From the NCBI GenBank assembly GCA_963727455.1, contig CAVSGG010000007.1, positions 1-64,000 of the forward strand: 64,000 nt of DNA, read 5' to 3'. Shown here piece by piece: positions 58,496 to 64,000 of this stretch (positions within the stretch are counted from its first letter, which is position 1; the number at the start of each line of letters is the position of its first letter). The notes under the pieces were generated by a model, which was not told the DNA's origin, did no database searches, and saw only the letters and a program-made list of their open reading frames with translations. Source of the stretch: Candidatus Krumholzibacteriota bacterium. Lineage in GTDB: Bacteria; Krumholzibacteriota; Krumholzibacteriia; JAJRXK01. The translations under genes were made by a program, and so were the position numbers.

Positions 58496-59971
58496 ATGGC
58501 GCAACCTAATACACCCCTTGAAGTTCCCGCGATTCGCAGCGAGGATTCCATTCTCCAGACCGGGTCGAAGCCCTCGCAGCTGATTTCGCTCACTGCGATG
58601 GTGTGCGGTGTGTTGCGCAATAGTGCCCGCTTCTCCTGGCTCGACCGCGAGGTCTACAACCAGACCCTGGTGCTGCAGCAGGTCATCTCCGACCTGGCCA
58701 AGGAGGAGCCTCTGAGCCTTCGCTTTACCCCCGACGGCCTGCAAATGGGGGAGGAGGTCATGGTGAGCCCTCCCAAGGCCGCGCGCCAATTTCATGCCAT
58801 GGCGCTGCGCAAATCCGTCCAGGAATTGGTCTTCGACTGCGAAACCACCGTCGGGGAAGTGATGACGCTTTTGCGCCTGCTGCAGAACAAAAGCAGCATC
58901 GTCTTTCTCGAAGAACGCAAGCGGATGCCCCACATCGAAATCAAGCATCAGATGGGAAAGGGCAGCATCGAACTCCCCGACGAGGAGGGATATCCCGCGC
59001 CGGCAGTCCTCGGACAGAGCCGGGTGAGCACCATGCTGGGCAGGGGAGAAAAGGAAGGCGACGCGGTGCGCAACATGGTCACGGGGATTACCAGCGCGAT
59101 CGACGCCATCACCGAAGCGAGAAACCGTGAAGAGGAGATCGAAGAGCAGCAGCCACTCTCCGATCTCGCCCATCATCTCGACGAAGCGACCGAAGTCACT
59201 CTCATTCTGGCGAGTTTGCGAGCGCACGATCCCTATACCTACGACCATTCGATCAACGTGGGACTTCTCTCCATTGCCCTGGCGCGCGCGATCGGTTGGA
59301 AGGGCGCTGATCTGCGTGAATTCGGCGTCGCCGCGCTGATCCACGACGTGGGGAAGCTCTACACCCCGCTCGAAGTGCTCAACAAGCCGGGTCGTTTCAC
59401 TCCCCAGGAGTGGGTGGTGATGAAGCGGCATCCCGCCGATGGCGCGGAGATTCTGCGCGAGGCGGGAGTTGGCAACGAGCTGGCACAGAAGATCGCAATC
59501 GAGCATCACACCAATCCCGACGGAACCGGCTATCCGCCGCTTCCCTACAGCGAGCTCCACACCGGTTCGAAGATCGTGAAGATCGCCGACTGCTACGACG
59601 CCTTTACCACCATCCGTCCCTATCGCAGCCAGGCCCGTCCCTTCGAGGTGCTGAAGATGCTGCGCCGGCAGGGGGGCACGCAATTCGACGCGGAACTCGT
59701 CGAGGTCTTCTGCGAGATGATGGGGGTCTATCCCATCGGCAGCGTGGTCAAAGTGACCACAGGTTCGATCGGTCTGGTGGTGCAGACGAATCTGGTTCTG
59801 CGGGAAAGGCCCATGATCCGCATCCTGCAGGACGAGCGCGGTAGGAAGCCCAAAGAGACCGTACTCGTCGATCTCGCGCGCAAGGACGAGAAGAGCGGCG
59901 AGTTCCTGGACGAGATCGTCGAGTGCATCGACCCCGTGATCCGCAACATCCCGGTGGGGCGTTACGTGTAG
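58496..59971 (+). CDS. HD-GYP domain protein (cyclic dinucleotide phosphodiesterase family)
   Basis: YTYDHSINV, HDVGK, HHTNPDGTGYP, IADCYDA, RPYR, QFD. Confidence 0.9.
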   Translation: MAQPNTPLEVPAIRSEDSILQTGSKPSQLISLTAMVCGVLRNSARFSWLDREVYNQTLVLQQVISDLAKEEPLSLRFTPDGLQMGEEVMVSPPKAARQFHAMALRKSVQELVFDCETTVGEVMTLLRLLQNKSSIVFLEERKRMPHIEIKHQMGKGSIELPDEEGYPAPAVLGQSRVSTMLGRGEKEGDAVRNMVTGITSAIDAITEARNREEEIEEQQPLSDLAHHLDEATEVTLILASLRAHDPYTYDHSINVGLLSIALARAIGWKGADLREFGVAALIHDVGKLYTPLEVLNKPGRFTPQEWVVMKRHPADGAEILREAGVGNELAQKIAIEHHTNPDGTGYPPLPYSELHTGSKIVKIADCYDAFTTIRPYRSQARPFEVLKMLRRQGGTQFDAELVEVFCEMMGVYPIGSVVKVTTGSIGLVVQTNLVLRERPMIRILQDERGRKPKETVLVDLARKDEKSGEFLDEIVECIDPVIRNIPVGRYV

Positions 59972-60012
59972 GTAGGCGCTGCCCTCTTTCTGCGCTATCA
60001 TGAGCCGCACTC

Positions 60013-61012
60013 ATGAGCGCACTCTCGCGGCCTCCCCTGGTCGAACTCCATCTTCATCTGGAAGGCTGTCTCACTGCTGCCCGCGCGCGGGCGCTGTGGA
60101 GCGAGCGTCCTTCCATCGCGCCAGCCCCTCGTGGGCGGGCTTCAGGACGGAAGCTGGCGCTTTCGCGATCTGGAGGAGTTTTTGCGGCTCTTCGCATGGG
60201 CCGCCGGCTCTTGGACTGACCTGCGGCCTATCTGCAATTGCTGCAGGACACCGCCGGCTTCCTCGAAGTCGCAGGGCATCGTGTACGCCGAGCTCTTCGT
60301 GGCCTTCGGAGTGATGCATCATTTCGGCCGCGATCCCAAGGAGATCGTGCCCGAGCTGGCGCGACTGGGCGAAGGCACACGCGCGCGAAGGGAGGAGTCG
60401 ATCTTCGCTTCATCGCCGACGGGGTGAGGCAGTTCGGGCCACAGGCCGCGGCGCGCGTGCTCGAGGACGCGCTGGCGCATGCGCGAGCGGAGGGTGGTGG
60501 GCCTGGGGATCGGGGGAGACGAGAACTCGCTGCCCGCAAGCGCCTTCGCGGAGGTCTACGCGCGGGCGCGCGAAGCGGGTCTGGGAACCACTCTGCACGC
60601 CGGGGAAGGAACCAGCCCATGGGCGGTCGCTGAGGCGATGGAACTCGGGGTGACCCGCATCGGCCACGGCATCGCGGCGGTTGAGGATCCCGGCCTGATG
60701 CGCGAATTGGCAGAACGGGGAGTCGTTCTCGAGGTGTGCCCGGGCTCGAATCTGTGCTCGGGGGCCTGGAGGCAGGGCAGGGCCAGCCATCCCTTGAAGC
60801 GACTGGCCGAAGCGGGGGTGCGCGTGTGTCTGGGCAGCGACGATCCCAGCTTCTTCAAGACGAGCTTGAAGGGCGAGTGGGAGGAGTGCCTGGCTCACGG
60901 CATCTCGCATCTCCGAACTGCGCGCGTGGAACGAGGGAGCGGTTGCGGCCGCCTTCTTGTCCGAAGAAGAAGCTCTGACGGCGTCTTGCAGCGCGTCCGG
61001 AAAGAACCCTGA
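60013..61012 (+). CDS. add: adenosine deaminase family protein (multiple indels)
   Basis: ELHLHLEG, YAEL, GLGIGGDE, HAGE, RIGHG, EVCPGSN, GSDDP. Confidence 0.85.
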
Positions 61013-61062
61013 GATCCGGCGGCAAGACGGTCGATTCGCAAGAAAGGACGAGAGACGAATTC

Positions 61063-61841
61063 ATGGCCTTTCGAAGCATCTATTCCTGGAACGTCAACGG
61101 CGCCCGTTCGGTTTTCAAGAAGGGCTTCATGGATTGGTTCGAAGGGACGCGTCCCGACGTTCTCTTTTTGCAGGAAGTGCGCGCCGAACTGAATCAGGTC
61201 CCCGAGGCCATGGCACAGCCCGCCGGATACCACGTGTTCTGGAATCCCTCCCGCGCTCGAGAAAGGGCTACAGCGGCACCGCTCTGTACAGCCGGAGAGC
61301 ACCTCTCCGCGTGGAATTCGGAACCGGGGTGCAGAAGTACGACAGGGAGGGACGCACCATCCTGGCCGAGTACGAAGACCACTATCTCCTCGGCTGCTAC
61401 TTTCCCAACGGCGGGAACGATCACGGACGCGTTCCCTTCAAGCTGGGCTTCTATCGCGCGTTCTTACGCCTATGCGAGGAGCTTCGCCAAGAAAAGCCGT
61501 TGATCTTCTGCGGCGACGTCAACACGGCCCACAACGAGATCGACCTCGCGCGTCCCGCGGCCAACCGCAATACGACCGGCTTCTTGCCCGAGGAAAGAGC
61601 CTGGTTGGACAAGGTGCAGGCGAAGGGCTACGTGGATGCGTTTCGGCACTATCACCAGGGCGAGCCCGATCACTACACCTGGTGGTCGCACCGTATGAAC
61701 GCGCGCGAGCGCAATGTGGGGTGGAGAATCGATCACTTCTGGGTGGCCGAGGAAATCATGGAACGCTCGAAGAGTTGCTTTCATCTGCCTCAGGTGCGGG
61801 GCAGCGATCACTGCCCGATCGCTCTGCAGCTGAGAGCCTGA
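61063..61841 (+). CDS. xth: exodeoxyribonuclease III (indel near 61260)
   Basis: SWNVNG, LQE, GYSGT, EGR, YFPNG, GDVNTAH, GWRIDH, SDHCP. Confidence 0.95.
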
Positions 61842-61861
61842 GCTCAGAGGAAGGCGGCCGC

Positions 61862-62500
61862 ATGAAATGTCCCCTCTGCGGAAGCGAGGCGACCGCGCCC
61901 TATCTCCCGGAATCTCTCGACGCCTACCGCGAATGCGCGGAGTGCCGCCTTGTCTTCCTGGAACCGCGCGCCCGCATCGGCCTTCAGGCCGAACGTGCGC
62001 GCTATCTGCAGCACCACAATTCTCCTTCGGACGAGGGTTACCGTCAGCATCTCATGGGCGCCATCGAGCCCCTGGTGGAGGGCCTGAAGTCTCGCAGCGC
62101 GCGGCGGCAAGAGCTGGGCGAAAGTGGGGGCGGGGCGGGCTGTCTCGGTCTGGATTTCGGTTGTGGTCCCGAGCCGGTGGCGCAGCTCCTCATGCAAGAG
62201 AGGGGCTATCCTTGTCTCAACTACGATCCCTTCTTCGCCTTCGAGCCCGAGCTGCTGCAACGCCGCTACGATTTCGTGCTCTGCATCGAAGTCGTCGAAC
62301 ATCTGCGCGAGCCCGGTCTGGCTTGGCAGCTTCTCCATCGGCTGCTTCGACCAGAAGGGGCACTCGTCGTGCGCACCGAATTGCTGGATGCGAAGATCGA
62401 TTTTCCCACTTGGTGGTATCGACAGGATTCCACGCACATCTGCTTCTATCGCGCGGGCACCATGCGTTGGCTGGAGGAGCGTTACGCTTGGAGGAAATGA
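61862..62500 (+). CDS. class I SAM-dependent methyltransferase with N-terminal CxxC..CxxC
   Basis: CPLC, CAEC, LDFGCGP, YDPFF, EVVEH, WWYRQDSTHICFY. Confidence 0.85.
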   Translation: MKCPLCGSEATAPYLPESLDAYRECAECRLVFLEPRARIGLQAERARYLQHHNSPSDEGYRQHLMGAIEPLVEGLKSRSARRQELGESGGGAGCLGLDFGCGPEPVAQLLMQERGYPCLNYDPFFAFEPELLQRRYDFVLCIEVVEHLREPGLAWQLLHRLLRPEGALVVRTELLDAKIDFPTWWYRQDSTHICFYRAGTMRWLEERYAWRK

Positions 62501-62556
62501 CGCAGCCGAACGAGTCGGTGCGAATCTTCGTCAGGCAGGAAACATGAAGCGGCAAT

Positions 62557-62718
62557 TCATCCCAGATATTCGCGCAGGAAGCGCCGCGTAAAGTAGGTTC
62601 CCGCCGCGAGCCCGATGACGCTCAGGAAGAAGGCCGTCATGAAGCCGAGAAACGCGCCGAGCCACCAGCCGAGATAGGACCCGACGGATGCTCCGACCAT
62701 GACCAGCAGGCGATTCAT
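62557..62718 (-). CDS. small two-helix membrane protein (53 aa)
   Basis: MNRLLVMVGASVGSYLGWWLG...GLAAGTYFTRRFLREYLG; purine-rich RBS upstream. Confidence 0.7.
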   Translation of the reverse strand: MNRLLVMVGASVGSYLGWWLGAFLGFMTAFFLSVIGLAAGTYFTRRFLREYLG

Positions 62719-62862
62719 TCCAATATCCCTTCTCACCAGAAATGAGCGTGATCTTCCCTGAAATTCCGCGGAAGGGGGGACACTGCCGCGGAAATGCGCG
62801 GAACTAGCAATCGCACAAAGCATAAAGCGAACCGGAAGCGCTACTGAGAGAGGGGTGGGAAA

Positions 62863-64000
62863 TCAGCCGGCGATCTCCCGGAGACGTTCCTTCTCGTGTG
62901 CGATGCGGTCGTCATCGATCTTCTCGAAGAGGATCCCCGGATTGCCCAGAGGATGGGCTTCCTTCAGCATCCAATCGTCCTGCACCCAACCGCTCGCGAA
63001 GAGGTCATCTTTCAGGTTCAACGCGTCCCATAGTCTCTGCATGGAGAAGGGCAGGATCATTGCCCACAGCCCGGCGAAGGCCCGGATGAATTGACAGCAG
63101 ACGAAGAGGCTGGTCGCGCAGCGCGCCATGTCGCTCTTGCGCGAGACCCAGGGCTGCGCTTCGTCGAAGTAGCGGTTCGCTTCCTTGCTCAAAAGAAGGA
63201 GCTGTTCGGCAGCGGAGCGCATCTGGAAACTTTCCATCAGCTGGCGTACTTCGGTGGCGACCTCCTCGATGCCTGCGAGCGCCTTCCGGTCTCTCTCCTC
63301 GAGCGTTCCTTCGGCTGGAACCTTCCCGTCGAAGTAGCGGCTTACGAAGGTGAGGGTGCGGTTGATGAAGTTCCCCAAGACGTCCGCCAGCTCGTTGTTG
63401 TGGCGCGCCTGAAAATCGTCCCAGGTGAAATTGGTGTCGCGCGATTCGGGGAGGTTGCGCGCGAGGCAGTAGCGCAAGCTGTCCGGCTCGAAGCTCTTCA
63501 AATAATCGGGCAGCCACACCGCATAGCCGCGTGAGGTCGAGAGCTTCTTCCCTTCGAGGTTGAGAAATTCGTTGGCAGGGACGTTGTCCGGCAGCACGTA
63601 GGCCTCGCTGTTCGCATGGAGCATCGCAGGGAAGAGAAGCGCATGGAAGACGATGTTGTCCTTGCCGATGAAGTGGATGAGTCGGGTCTTATCGTCTTGC
63701 CACCAGCTGCGCCACTCCTCGGAGTTTCCTCTGGCCTCCGCCCATTCGCGCGTGGCCGAGATATAGCCGATGGGGGCTTCGAACCAGACGTACATGACCT
63801 TGCCCTCGTGCTCCGGCAGGGGAACCGGGACTCCCCAGTTCAAGTCCCGGGTCACCGCACGATCTCCCAGACCCTGCTGAAACCAGCCGCGGCAGTAGTT
63901 GAGTACGTTTTCCCTCCAGTCGGGATGCGAGCCAATCCACTTCTCCAGGAACTCCTGCATTTCGCCCATGGGGAAGAACCAGTGCTCGCTCTCTTTCAGT
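62863..64000 (-). CDS. metG: methionine--tRNA ligase, 3' part (5' end outside window)
   Basis: TRDLNWGVPVP, YVWFEAPIGY, HFIGKDNIVFH, KLSTS, LGNFINR. Confidence 0.97.
   Translation of the reverse strand, partial: LKESEHWFFPMGEMQEFLEKWIGSHPDWRENVLNYCRGWFQQGLGDRAVTRDLNWGVPVPLPEHEGKVMYVWFEAPIGYISATREWAEARGNSEEWRSWWQDDKTRLIHFIGKDNIVFHALLFPAMLHANSEAYVLPDNVPANEFLNLEGKKLSTSRGYAVWLPDYLKSFEPDSLRYCLARNLPESRDTNFTWDDFQARHNNELADVLGNFINRTLTFVSRYFDGKVPAEGTLEERDRKALAGIEEVATEVRQLMESFQMRSAAEQLLLLSKEANRYFDEAQPWVSRKSDMARCATSLFVCCQFIRAFAGLWAMILPFSMQRLWDALNLKDDLFASGWVQDDWMLKEAHPLGNPGILFEKIDDDRIAHEKERLREIAG

Noticed and set aside
61472-62500. 342-aa methyltransferase ORF with a long N-terminal extension
   Set aside because: The extension overlaps xth in another frame; the true start is ATG61862 after the RBS gaggaagg

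Overview
High-GC bacterial chromosome segment. An RpoC '[15 protein letters not shown]' insertion and an FG-GAP protein with a PNPFNP/FlgD-Ig tail suggest an FCB-superphylum lineage (inference). Positions 1-37347 are core genes: ispD(partial)-ispF-ddl-cysS, four tRNAs, tuf, rpmG, tRNA-Trp, secE-nusG-rplKAJL-rpoBC, rpsL-rpsG-fusA-tuf, then the S10/spc/alpha clusters through rplQ. Positions 37.4-64 kb hold a membrane protein, PLP aminotransferase, fabH, a GldA/F/G-like ABC system with a DUF4340-like protein, a lipoprotein, an APC permease, fluC with DUF190, a tricorn-protease remnant, a minus-strand M23 peptidase/PEP-utilizing dikinase-like/M28 peptidase operon, maeB, the FG-GAP protein, an HD-GYP protein, add, xth, a methyltransferase, a small membrane protein and partial metG. 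Many essential genes carry 1-nt indels, most likely long-read consensus errors, so split or fused ORFs were rejoined by hand and their boundaries are approximate. I saw no CRISPR array, rRNA or mobile element. No clearly new system is demonstrable. The best leads are the orphan RPH/PigC-type dikinase coupled to two peptidases, the strong UAG stop preference in ribosomal genes (31 of 45 by hand count), and a tricorn gene collapsed to three short motif fragments.
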